Virus record (IMG/VR): IMGVR_UViG_3300035018_000013
Span: 18,054 to 82,053 of that record
Direction: 5' to 3' (one strand)
From: a virus
Length of the DNA stretch: 64,000 bases
The notes beneath the pieces were generated by a model. That model worked only from the letters and a program-made list of their open reading frames with translations, had not been told where the DNA came from and did no database searches. How positions within the stretch are numbered: position 1 is the first letter of the stretch; each line of letters opens with the position of its first letter. Shown piece by piece: positions 17,349-26,142 of this stretch. The position numbers were made by a program, and so were the translations under genes.

Positions 17349-17826
17349 TGTCGTCGTAATTCACGGTAATTTTGAGCTTGGTATCGCCCTCATCCCCGTT
17401 ATCGGCGTTCATATCATAGGCCGGAAATTCAATCTTGCTAGGGAAGCAACCCTTGAGCATGAGCTTGATTTCGTTTGTCCCGGTGCCCTCATGCAAGCGC
17501 TCATAATGGATGGTAACGTTTCGCTTGTAATCAGGATCAACGCCGTCATTTTTGGCTCCGTCCTTGCACTGGTTAAACCAGGTGATATAGGTATCCCGAT
17601 CGGTCGCCCGTGCAAACTGACATTCCAGCGCGTAATCTCCAGCTCGAACCCGACCACCGGGAACCCGTGACTGGTCAGCCAGGTTGATCACGCCAATTTC
17701 CATAGAAATCGCGTCACGAGTCAGGGGCAAAAGCGATCCCGTTAGTGTCGCTTCTGGCAAACCAGCAACGACCATTCGCTGTTTAGCCTTGGGTAAAATG
17801 TTGTGTTCTAGCGTACCTTTCTGCAT
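17335..17826 (-). CDS. Tail tube protein (T4 gp19-like)
   Basis: YITWFNQC...DYKRNVTI...LKGCFPSKIEFP...KITVNYD; follows the sheath gene. Confidence 0.8.
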   Translation of the reverse strand: MQKGTLEHNILPKAKQRMVVAGLPEATLTGSLLPLTRDAISMEIGVINLADQSRVPGGRVRAGDYALECQFARATDRDTYITWFNQCKDGAKNDGVDPDYKRNVTIHYERLHEGTGTNEIKLMLKGCFPSKIEFPAYDMNADNGDEGDTKLKITVNYDDIIYG

Positions 17827-17860
17827 AACTGTTTACCTGTGAGTAATTTAGAAAAATTAA

Positions 17861-17900
17861 TTAATTCTTGGATTGTTTTTTATCGCAATCCAAGAATTAA
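17861..17900. promoter_or_regulatory. Perfect 15-bp stem-loop between sheath and tube genes
   Basis: TTAATTCTTGGATTG (17861-75) and CAATCCAAGAATTAA (17886-900), 10-nt loop. Confidence 0.6.
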
Positions 17901-17907
17901 CAAGTGA

Positions 17908-20900
17908 TTAGAGCAGCGAACCTGCCAAAGAATTTCCGTACTGGCTGACGAGAATATCTGGGCTGAGGTTGATGCCTAGCTCCTCGACAATCCCGGTCGG
18001 GATATATTTCATGTAGATGTGCAATTTGCCGTTAATGATATCGACCAAGCCGATCGAGCCATCTTGAGTGACCGCGCCACGAGGCAAGCTACCTTGAATC
18101 TCAACCGCTTGCCGGAAGGTTAAATAACGGGAGAAAACACCCCGGTTATATTCCTGCTCAGCAAAGTTATTGAGGATCATAATGATTTGATCTAAACGAT
18201 CGGGCTGATTCGGTCGGAAGATCTGCTCTAAAAGTTCTTTCGCTTCCAGAAACACCCGCACATAGTTAGATTGAATGCGACGGATATGAATGAACTCATA
18301 CAGCGGCGACAGTGACGGCGATCGCGCCCCAAACACCACCGAGTTGCCGAACATTACTTTAATGCTCTGAATGCCCGTCATGTTCAGTAACGCTTCGTCT
18401 TGAGCCTTTAGCTCGACAGGTAGCTTAATCACCCGCGACATTTTGGCGCTCACCCCTGCAAAAGGTACGTGGTAGCCTTCCGCGATCGAGGCATAGTTAG
18501 CTTCGCCTCCAAGAATCTCCCCGGTCAGTGAAATCAGGCGATCGCCATTCCCTAAAGGAGAAGAGATAAAGCCATAGCTAGGAAACGCCACAGACAGCGA
18601 ATCACTGCGCCCTAGGTACTGATTGACAAACACTTCGGCAGTCGAAGCGGACGTGTAGTTACTGGGAATCTCACCTCGGAACTCATAGGCATTTTCCACG
18701 GCGTAGGTCGTGAATGCTTTCTGCACCACAACATCAGAAATACCAGGAAGTGCCAACTTGACCAAGCCCAGATTCTTACCCCATAACGCGCCTTCAATCA
18801 CGTTGTTATCCAGGTCGGCATAACGAGTGAAGTTATAGGGAATCAGCCCTGCTAGGTTGCCGTCGTAGCCCCGCTCTAAGAACTGAGGGAACGAAACCAA
18901 AAAGCGCTTGTTAACCTGCGTCATACCGAGCAAGTTATAACCCTGTCCTACTTCCATGTAGCCAGCTTTAACCGCTTTAGTCAGCGCTGGAACGTTAGAT
19001 GGGAATGCAGTTTCGAGCGTAACTTGAGTATCAGTGACGACGACGCGAACCTTACGAGCGGTCTTTGAGACAGGATCATAGAGATAATCACCCTTCTTTA
19101 GAACCGATCGGAAGTTGCTATTAGTACCTGTTACAGTCACGCCAGCCGAACTGATTGTGCCTTCCAGGGTTAACGGCTCAGCCGCGCCCGTGACTCGCAA
19201 ATACGATCGCGCCACTTCATAAGGGCTAGGGTATAGCAGCTTGCCAACCGTGTCCAAATGCTTGAATTCACCCACACTGTAAAGACGGCGATCGCTTAAC
19301 GCAACGATGACCCCAGAGCCGTTAGAGGGGCGAACGTCTGCACCCGCGCTCGTGGTATAAGCAGAGTCCCAAACCGCATCAGCCGTAATCCAGCGCTGAT
19401 AGTTCTGGCTGCCAGTTCGATAGGCAATATTGTTGCCGTCATCGTTCACCAAGGGTTCAACAAATAGTGGATCGCTGGGGTCAAGGCTGGCATCAGGCAC
19501 TTGATAAACCTGCGAACCATTGAAGCGCACCGATAGGGAAAAGTGAGTGAGCGGATACTTTGTACCCTGTCCCACCTCAATGCTCAGACCTTCGTTGCCA
19601 ACCTGGCTCAACTCAATCATTGCCGATAGGCTTTGCTTGGTTAGCTGCGCGTCCGTAAAGTCATGACGGAAAGGCTTTTCAAGCTTTACAGAGGTAGTTG
19701 AAACGACTTCTACAACCTTGACCGCTTCTCCCGCTCTGGCTGGATCGACGATGTAAGCACCTGCCTGTAGTTCAGCGGTAAACAGAGTATCCGTTCCCTC
19801 TACTAGCAGGTTGTCCACTTCCAGGATCGCCGCTGTTAATGCGATCGTGAAACCAGAAGCCAAAGTCAGATGAGTCGCGTCGGTAATGGCGGTCACAACT
19901 CTAGATTGGCGATCGCCGCCCACCATCGTATAGATCGCATCACCGATCGCCAGTTCATTCAAAAACTGTGTCCCAGTTCCAATCACTTCCAAGTTGTCGA
20001 TCTGAAGTGTGACTGCCCCACTATCTGAAAACGCTTCAGATACTGTTGCCGTTGTATTGCTCGTAATCGAGTCCACTACACGAGCTTCCCCGTTCACGTA
20101 CACGTTAGAGCCGACGACTAACTGAGTGGAGAACTGTGTCCCAACGCCTGTAATGACGCGATCGGTAACGGTGACAGTGCCGGAAACATTCTTGAACAAT
20201 GCAAAGGTTGCTGTTCCAGTTAGATCGGCGTACCGCTCGTAAGAACCTGTCCCGCTTAAGGTAGTCGGACCCGATACGCCATCCGCAACTAAGGAGTATT
20301 GAGAAGCGATCGTGAACACGACCTCACCCGATACCTCGGCGGCTTCCGTGTTGGCAATCACCTGATATCGCTTGCCGCTGCCGTTGGTAAATTCGACTTC
20401 TGCACCGACAAATTCATTTGCCCAAGTGTTAGGCGCAATTAGGGTGAAAGTGGTGGCAGTCGCGTAAATAACAGGGCGATCGCCTAGCTTGTTTTTCCGT
20501 CCACCCCAGCGTCCTTCGTTGGCTGCCGTAATTCTCAAGGCATCGGCACCGAGAGCATTTTTCAGCATGATTTCAGCCTTCCGAGCATGGGGCAATTCCA
20601 CTCGGATTAACCAGAGTTGACCCGCGCCGCCGCCTGTTGCATAAAAGCCCTCGATCGCGTCTGGCATCAGGTGAGAACCATCTGCAAACAGGTGCCAATT
20701 CGGATCACGAGGATCGCCGCAAACTTCCTGATAATTAGACTTAGAAGTGAATGGCAACATCACGCCCATAGGGGCACGTTTCATCACTCCGGTCATTTGG
20801 GTGCAGCCGAATTTTGGAGCACTCAGTGCATTACTTCCCGCTCGTTCAATCACACGAACGCCGGGTTGTCCTTGCCTTGCTCCAAATACGCGCACAGCTT

Positions 20901-20913
20901 CTTGTACTGGCAT
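17908..20913 (-). CDS. Contractile tail sheath protein with inserted beta-domain repeats
   Basis: N-terminal GQPGVRVIE; C-terminal sheath core (LALPG, AVAFP, VVFGARS, EFIHIRR, YMKYIPTGIVEELGI); 1001 aa. Confidence 0.85.
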   Translation of the reverse strand: MPVQEAVRVFGARQGQPGVRVIERAGSNALSAPKFGCTQMTGVMKRAPMGVMLPFTSKSNYQEVCGDPRDPNWHLFADGSHLMPDAIEGFYATGGGAGQLWLIRVELPHARKAEIMLKNALGADALRITAANEGRWGGRKNKLGDRPVIYATATTFTLIAPNTWANEFVGAEVEFTNGSGKRYQVIANTEAAEVSGEVVFTIASQYSLVADGVSGPTTLSGTGSYERYADLTGTATFALFKNVSGTVTVTDRVITGVGTQFSTQLVVGSNVYVNGEARVVDSITSNTTATVSEAFSDSGAVTLQIDNLEVIGTGTQFLNELAIGDAIYTMVGGDRQSRVVTAITDATHLTLASGFTIALTAAILEVDNLLVEGTDTLFTAELQAGAYIVDPARAGEAVKVVEVVSTTSVKLEKPFRHDFTDAQLTKQSLSAMIELSQVGNEGLSIEVGQGTKYPLTHFSLSVRFNGSQVYQVPDASLDPSDPLFVEPLVNDDGNNIAYRTGSQNYQRWITADAVWDSAYTTSAGADVRPSNGSGVIVALSDRRLYSVGEFKHLDTVGKLLYPSPYEVARSYLRVTGAAEPLTLEGTISSAGVTVTGTNSNFRSVLKKGDYLYDPVSKTARKVRVVVTDTQVTLETAFPSNVPALTKAVKAGYMEVGQGYNLLGMTQVNKRFLVSFPQFLERGYDGNLAGLIPYNFTRYADLDNNVIEGALWGKNLGLVKLALPGISDVVVQKAFTTYAVENAYEFRGEIPSNYTSASTAEVFVNQYLGRSDSLSVAFPSYGFISSPLGNGDRLISLTGEILGGEANYASIAEGYHVPFAGVSAKMSRVIKLPVELKAQDEALLNMTGIQSIKVMFGNSVVFGARSPSLSPLYEFIHIRRIQSNYVRVFLEAKELLEQIFRPNQPDRLDQIIMILNNFAEQEYNRGVFSRYLTFRQAVEIQGSLPRGAVTQDGSIGLVDIINGKLHIYMKYIPTGIVEELGINLSPDILVSQYGNSLAGSLL

Positions 20914-20928
20914 AATATTAGTCCTGGT

Positions 20929-20944
20929 AAAAAATCAATTGATT
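20929..20944. promoter_or_regulatory. AAAAAATCAATTGATT motif upstream of the sheath gene
   Basis: Exact copies also at 30394, 38948 and (reverse) 41181; variant at 36776. Confidence 0.6.
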
Positions 20945-20971
20945 CTTGAAGTAACTTGATTTGGCGCTTGT

Positions 20972-21370
20972 TTAGGCTGCGGTTAATTGCTTGTTGCCGC
21001 TGCTCAAAACGCCCTGCTCTCGGATGAGGAGAACCCGCTCAAAGGGCGATCGCTTGCCACCTTGAAGCACAAACTCAGAGTTAGGCAGATTGTTCTCAAG
21101 CTCAACCGCATTCAGTTTGGCGTGATCCGCTGCGAGCAAGGGATCTTCCTCGTCCAGAATGATCGCGCCTTTCATTAGCGATTGCTTGTAAGGAAGCGTC
21201 CCAATGAAGATTTGACAGAGATTGATTTCATCAAAGGTAAGCGCGATAAACTGAGTGCCTAAAAAGATTTCAGATTCATCGGTGCTGCGATCGCCCGTAA
21301 AATCTTCTGGCACTGGGATTTGCAAAGGCTCTCTTCCCAGCCTTAATGCAACTTGCTGTTGTGTGGGCAT
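20972..21370 (-). CDS. Hypothetical protein
   Basis: ATG at 21370 preceded by AGGAG; the longer track start runs through a hairpin. Confidence 0.6.
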   Translation of the reverse strand: MPTQQQVALRLGREPLQIPVPEDFTGDRSTDESEIFLGTQFIALTFDEINLCQIFIGTLPYKQSLMKGAIILDEEDPLLAADHAKLNAVELENNLPNSEFVLQGGKRSPFERVLLIREQGVLSSGNKQLTAA

Positions 21371-21390
21371 GAATTCTCCTACAGATAGAC

Positions 21391-21419
21391 AAAAGAAAGC
21401 CACACCTTGCGGCGTGGCT
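21391..21419 (-). terminator. Intrinsic terminator candidate
   Basis: Minus strand AGCCACGCCGCAAGGTGTGGCT followed by TTCTTTT. Confidence 0.5.
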
Positions 21420-21589
21420 CTCCAAAAACTTGTGATTTGATTCAGATTACTCTGAGGATGTTGCCATTCTAGTCAGCTTTTATTGATAGTGATGTGACTG
21501 TTTCCATATTTCATGAAACTTCCGTAATTCTGCGGAGTCATCAGTCGGGGATAAAATTCTCAAAATCCCACCCTAGCCTTGTCACAAAA

Positions 21590-21817
21590 TCATTCACTGT
21601 CGCCGGATATTCTCAGTAGTTGGGCGATCGCGTCTCTGTGCTGATCCTCTACCTGCAACCCTTCGCCAGGAAAGGTGACTCTTATCTCTACTGAGTCCCC
21701 GTCTTCAATCATGGCGATCCGAGCCTCTGCCAGCTCTTCGTCTCGCAGCCCAAGGCTTTTTTTCACAAACGACATAATGCTGTCGTCCAACTCTGCTTCT
21801 ATTTTGGGGTTTTCCAT
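21590..21817 (-). CDS. Hypothetical acidic protein
   Basis: In the late-gene direction, protein-like composition. Confidence 0.55.
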   Translation of the reverse strand: MENPKIEAELDDSIMSFVKKSLGLRDEELAEARIAMIEDGDSVEIRVTFPGEGLQVEDQHRDAIAQLLRISGDSE

Positions 21818-21836
21818 TCTGCCTGAGATCCTTTTT

Positions 21837-22907
21837 CTATATAGTAGGGCTGATCTCTGGTGTCTCCACTCCAGTCACAATCCCGGAAACTTTAACGCGA
21901 TCGCCAATCGAAAGATTAATTAATACCATGGTGAAGCTCATAGAAGGCAGTTGAGCTTCAATGATGCTCATATCTAAATCGTCTGCCCTGATGTGATTGG
22001 AAACGATTACGCCTGTATCAGTTCCATAGGTGGGAGCGTGAATCTTGTTAACCTCCGCGATTAACCCAATTAAATGCTCTGTGGCGGCTCTAGTATCTTG
22101 TAAGTTTTGACCCATAACACAGACCTCGATCGGTTGGTCGCAGATCTGCGCGTGTTGCAGTAGTTGCGCCTGGTTCGCTGGCAGCCTTAAGCTTTCGTAA
22201 GTTTCTATATTGCGATGATTGCGGCTATCCATCAGTCTCAGAATTACGCAGGGTGTTTCTTCAATTTGAAATGGCTGATTCCCTTGAGCGACAAAGGTAG
22301 GCAAATTGTATTCAAACATAATGAACGATCGCCCCCGCACGTTAACTGTCTGAATCTGTGCCACGCGATCGGGGTTAACATCAGGAATCGGGTCGCCCGT
22401 TGAACCATCTAGCCAGCGGTTAAAGTTGACGGGCTGACTAGAAAATAATTTAGGGATGCTGAATTCCATGAGATAAGCCAGCAAATTCCCCGGTGCATAG
22501 TAGCCAAATTTAAGCTCTGAGAGGGGAGGGGATGAGCGATCGCCCAATCGTTCCAACCTCAATCGAAACCGCAGCGGACTCGCCCAATTTGCCGCCAGTG
22601 TTGCCATTCCCTCTCTAATCTGTTCCGGCGTACTGAACCCGCCCAACTGCCATGAGCCAGCCTGAAAACTCCATTCCTGATTGCCCTCATCCACCAGGGC
22701 GATCGTGATACCCTCTTCCTGCGGCTTAATCTCAAAACCTGCATATTTTAGGGCTAACTTCGCTTCAAAGGGTGGCGTGGTCAGCGTCCCCATATCGCCC
22801 GTCAGTTCTAATCTGCCCTTGCTGTAGTTGTAGCCTAGCCCAGAACTTTCAGTAATTTGAGGTGGTTTGAGGGCGATCGTGTGGATGAAGAAATGCATGG
22901 GAGTCAA
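21837..22907 (-). CDS. Putative tail completion/terminator-region structural protein
   Basis: Lies between neck genes and sheath; 4-nt overlap; function inferred from synteny only. Confidence 0.5.
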   Translation of the reverse strand: MTPMHFFIHTIALKPPQITESSGLGYNYSKGRLELTGDMGTLTTPPFEAKLALKYAGFEIKPQEEGITIALVDEGNQEWSFQAGSWQLGGFSTPEQIREGMATLAANWASPLRFRLRLERLGDRSSPPLSELKFGYYAPGNLLAYLMEFSIPKLFSSQPVNFNRWLDGSTGDPIPDVNPDRVAQIQTVNVRGRSFIMFEYNLPTFVAQGNQPFQIEETPCVILRLMDSRNHRNIETYESLRLPANQAQLLQHAQICDQPIEVCVMGQNLQDTRAATEHLIGLIAEVNKIHAPTYGTDTGVIVSNHIRADDLDMSIIEAQLPSMSFTMVLINLSIGDRVKVSGIVTGVETPEISPTI

Positions 22908-23413
22908 CGCCTGAATAATTGCTTAAGTTTGATTTTTTGAACGCGATTCGTGTTCCTCAAAGACTTATCCCACACGCCTCGCCCTGGAATTCTAATAGTC
23001 GTTTTACTGGGCTTAAAATAAACTTTATACCGTCCAAACCAGCGCCGCATCCTCGGCGTAATCTGAATCGTTGCTCCAGAGTTCTGAACTTTAGTAATCA
23101 TCGTCGGTCTGCCGTTAGGGATGCCCAGCAATGATTTAGAAGCGTTCCCCATTCGCTTATGTCGCACCTGAATATGCTTGCGAATGCCTGAGCCGTTGGG
23201 GTTGCCCCGCAGGGTATAAAGATGGAGGGTGAGCGATCGCAATCTCGGTGAATGCTTGCCTCTGCCCTGCGTCCTCAAATGATCCAACATATTGTTATTC
23301 ATCAGCTCAGCTCCCTCCCTTGCCCATTGCTCCCCCTTATCTGGAAGGGCTTTAAGGCTTTGCAGCTTTTGATAAAGCTTGTCCCATTGCGATCGGTGTG
23401 AAAAATTGGGCAT
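22904..23413 (-). CDS. Neck/virion morphogenesis protein (HK97 gp10 / Mu gpG-like)
   Basis: Basic; ITKVQNSGATIQITPRMRRWF...TIRIPGRGVW pattern; start chosen at MPNFSH to avoid overlap with the divergent gene. Confidence 0.6.
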   Translation of the reverse strand: MPNFSHRSQWDKLYQKLQSLKALPDKGEQWAREGAELMNNNMLDHLRTQGRGKHSPRLRSLTLHLYTLRGNPNGSGIRKHIQVRHKRMGNASKSLLGIPNGRPTMITKVQNSGATIQITPRMRRWFGRYKVYFKPSKTTIRIPGRGVWDKSLRNTNRVQKIKLKQLFRR

Positions 23414-23450
23414 GATTCTAGAATTATTGCTCAGTATTATCAGCTTACCC

Positions 23451-24119
23451 ATGGCAAAGAAGGAACCCGTTAATCTCGAAGTCCCAAAGAACCTGGTCTT
23501 TAGAGAACAGCTAGAAATCCGCTACGTGCTAGTAGATGATCTCATTCTGCTAGATCAGAATCCCAAGCTGCACGATATTGGCAAGCTGGTAGATTCGATC
23601 GTGGAAAATGGATTCCTTGACCCGCCCAAATGGGATACGAAGCTGAACGGCGGCGCGGGCGGCATCATTGAAGGAAACGGGCGATCGGAAGCCCTCAAAT
23701 GGATGCAAGAGCAGGGTCGAGAGATTCCTAGAGGCATTGCAGTCAATGAGCAAAACCTGTGGGCGGCACCTGTTATTTTTGGTTGCGATGCCCGTTCTGA
23801 GATTGCAGCAAAACGATATGCGATCGATCACAATAATCTCGTTATGGCAGGCGGTAACTTTTCCGCCCTAGACATGAGCCGTGCCTATGATGCCGAGTCT
23901 TACATCGCCATGCTTCAAGAGCTTGATCAGCAGCAATTTTTGCCCCTAACGCTAGATGGTGAGGACTTAGAGCTTTTGCTAGGGAAGCTGGAGGGCGATC
24001 GCGCTGCTGGAAATGGTGACGACGATCTGCCTCCAAATCATGAAAATATAAATGAACCTAAATTAGGCAAAACTAATTGCACTTGTCCAAGCTGCGGTTT
24101 TGAATGGGAGAAAGATTGA
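23451..24119 (+). CDS. Second ParB/Srx-like protein with C-terminal CxxC zinc ribbon
   Basis: LVDDLILLDQNPKLHDIGKLVDSIVENGFLDPP...IIEGNGRSEAL...AIDHN; CTCPSCGFEW. Confidence 0.75.
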   Translation: MAKKEPVNLEVPKNLVFREQLEIRYVLVDDLILLDQNPKLHDIGKLVDSIVENGFLDPPKWDTKLNGGAGGIIEGNGRSEALKWMQEQGREIPRGIAVNEQNLWAAPVIFGCDARSEIAAKRYAIDHNNLVMAGGNFSALDMSRAYDAESYIAMLQELDQQQFLPLTLDGEDLELLLGKLEGDRAAGNGDDDLPPNHENINEPKLGKTNCTCPSCGFEWEKD

Positions 24120-24503
24120 TCAATCCGGCAATATCACGACTTGGTGTAACACGACTGCCCCTCTACTTCTCAACCCCATTTGATACACCACAGAATACCG
24201 CTTCCCTTCATGCACCAAACGACACCCCGGCTTAAAATCCTCTAGAGGCATATCGTGAGCGGCAAGGTAGCAGATCATCTCACCTGCCTGACTGTTGCCG
24301 CCCTTAACCGCAATTTCCTGATGTCCCTTGGGTGTCACAGGTGGAACAATATATCCCCGCACCTGCCGAGCGATCGCCTCTAGCTTATCTGCCACGCCCA
24401 AATCTCGATCGCCCGGAATCAGAACGCCAGGAATCTCCAAGGTAAAAACTTGCCCCACCTCGTTAATTAAATCAATTAATTCAGCTTCAGAGAACAACGT
24501 CAT
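24120..24503 (-). CDS. Putative head-closure/head-tail joining protein
   Basis: Size and position; FKPGCRLVHEGKRYSVV beta-barrel pattern. Confidence 0.55.
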   Translation of the reverse strand: MTLFSEAELIDLINEVGQVFTLEIPGVLIPGDRDLGVADKLEAIARQVRGYIVPPVTPKGHQEIAVKGGNSQAGEMICYLAAHDMPLEDFKPGCRLVHEGKRYSVVYQMGLRSRGAVVLHQVVILPD

Positions 24504-25102
24504 TACGCCACCCGATACCTTGATTTACCCTCGCACTTGGGCGCTTCCCTAGCCTCTACAAACTTCAGAAAAATCTCAACCAATTCAGGATCATACAAAC
24601 CCGTATCGCGCTCGTAACTCAAAAGATTAATGGATTCCTCAACCGTAAAACTAGACTTGTACGTCCGATCGCTCCTAAACGCTGTCCAAACATCGCACAA
24701 GCTAAACACCCGCACCATAAACGGAATGTGATCACCCCTTAGCCCATTCGGATATCCCGATCCATTCCAGCGCTCATGGTGGTACAGCGTAATTAACGAG
24801 GCGGATTCAATCTCTGGAATTTGCCGCACCATTTCATAGCCCAGCGTTACGTGGTTCCGCATCACCGCCCATTGGGATGCGCTCAGCCGACCGGGATAAC
24901 GCAAAATTTCATCAGGAATAAGCAGTTTGCCAATATCATGAATATACGCGCCAATCTCTAGGGATTCTATCTGCTCCATAGATAAATCTAGATACTCCCC
25001 AAACGCGATCGCCAGATCAGCTAAATCCTTCATTTTCTCAGGCGGATTTTTTACCATCATTTGCTGGCTAATTAAAGCCAAAAACGTTGCTTTATTAATC
25101 AT
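24503..25102 (-). CDS. Stand-alone HD-GYP domain protein (cyclic dinucleotide phosphodiesterase family)
   Basis: GAYIHDIGKLLIPDEIL..PGRL; MRNHVTLG; HHERWNGSGYPNGLRGDHIP; CDVWTAFRSDRTYK. Confidence 0.9.
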   Translation of the reverse strand: MINKATFLALISQQMMVKNPPEKMKDLADLAIAFGEYLDLSMEQIESLEIGAYIHDIGKLLIPDEILRYPGRLSASQWAVMRNHVTLGYEMVRQIPEIESASLITLYHHERWNGSGYPNGLRGDHIPFMVRVFSLCDVWTAFRSDRTYKSSFTVEESINLLSYERDTGLYDPELVEIFLKFVEAREAPKCEGKSRYRVA

Positions 25103-25119
25103 GGGTTTTATCTTGAGTT

Positions 25120-25749
25120 TTACCTTGAACCTGTTGTAAAAATTTGGGTTTTATATTGTTCTAGGGGTAGCATTAGGCGATCAAGTTCGGTGCCGCCATT
25201 ATTCCCAGAAGGGCGATCGCTGCCACCCACTTTATACTTTTTCTTGAGTCCGCCCGGCAACGAGATTTCTTCTGTATCTCGCACGGGCTGACTGAGCATG
25301 GCTAAACTTCCCGCAGACAGTTCAAAGACCTTAGCCAGAATCTCGAAAGCGACATCTGTAAATATCTTTGGAACAGGCTGCAAACCCGCGTTGTAAAGGA
25401 CTTTGAAACAAGTATGGGGATATTGTAAATCAATTAATCTAATATCCCCGATCGCCATTTTATCTAGTAAGGGCAGCGATCGGGGAGGCTGCCCAGGCGC
25501 GTTCTCAACACTGTTTACCGCAATGAGCGGATAATACGTCAAAAGCGCCAAAGTCGAATCGGAACTACAGACAGTTTCCGAATACTCCATTGACGCTACT
25601 CTATACCCAATCCATTCATCCATTCGGCTTTCTATCTGCTCTAAAAAGAATTCAAGCTTCTCGGTAGAAGGCATTGTTTCTTCTGTAAAAAAGCCTAACA
25701 ACAATAGTCGTTTCTGTGCTTCCAACACAGACAGATAAGCCAGTGGCAT
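25120..25749 (-). CDS. Head-tail connector/adaptor protein
   Basis: LEQIESRMDEWIGY...LTYYPLIAVNSV...KVLYNAG; downstream of the capsid gene. Confidence 0.65.
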   Translation of the reverse strand: MPLAYLSVLEAQKRLLLLGFFTEETMPSTEKLEFFLEQIESRMDEWIGYRVASMEYSETVCSSDSTLALLTYYPLIAVNSVENAPGQPPRSLPLLDKMAIGDIRLIDLQYPHTCFKVLYNAGLQPVPKIFTDVAFEILAKVFELSAGSLAMLSQPVRDTEEISLPGGLKKKYKVGGSDRPSGNNGGTELDRLMLPLEQYKTQIFTTGSR

Positions 25750-25758
25750 TCTGATTCC

Positions 25759-26103
25759 TCAAGTTTTGCGCGCACTCTTCGAGATACCTGGCGATCGCTT
25801 GGATTTAGTTATCTCAGCTTCATTATCCTGCTCATTGTCCTCTTCTTCAATGTTTTTGTCATCATTTTCATCAATAGTCTCATCCTCCTCTTTGGCTGAG
25901 TTTGTACTAGCCTCTGAAGTCGGGAGAGGATTTTCAGGAAGAGAAGTCACGATGCGATCGGGTTTGACGGCGATCGCATAACCCTTGGCAATTAACCACT
26001 CCTCTTGATCTGGGGTAAAAGATTTTGAAGACAAAGGACGCATCAAAGATACGCCCCTCACCATCATTACCTGTTGCCGCCATTTACTTGTTGCAAAAAT
26101 CAT
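25759..26103 (-). CDS. Hypothetical protein with acidic tail
   Basis: Between capsid and adaptor genes; C-terminus contains a partial dispersed-repeat copy (25775-25788). Confidence 0.5.
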   Translation of the reverse strand: MIFATSKWRQQVMMVRGVSLMRPLSSKSFTPDQEEWLIAKGYAIAVKPDRIVTSLPENPLPTSEASTNSAKEEDETIDENDDKNIEEEDNEQDNEAEITKSKRSPGISKSARKT

Positions 26104-26142
26104 CGCTTAGCGCTCAGGATAAAATTCAATCAAACCGTGTCT

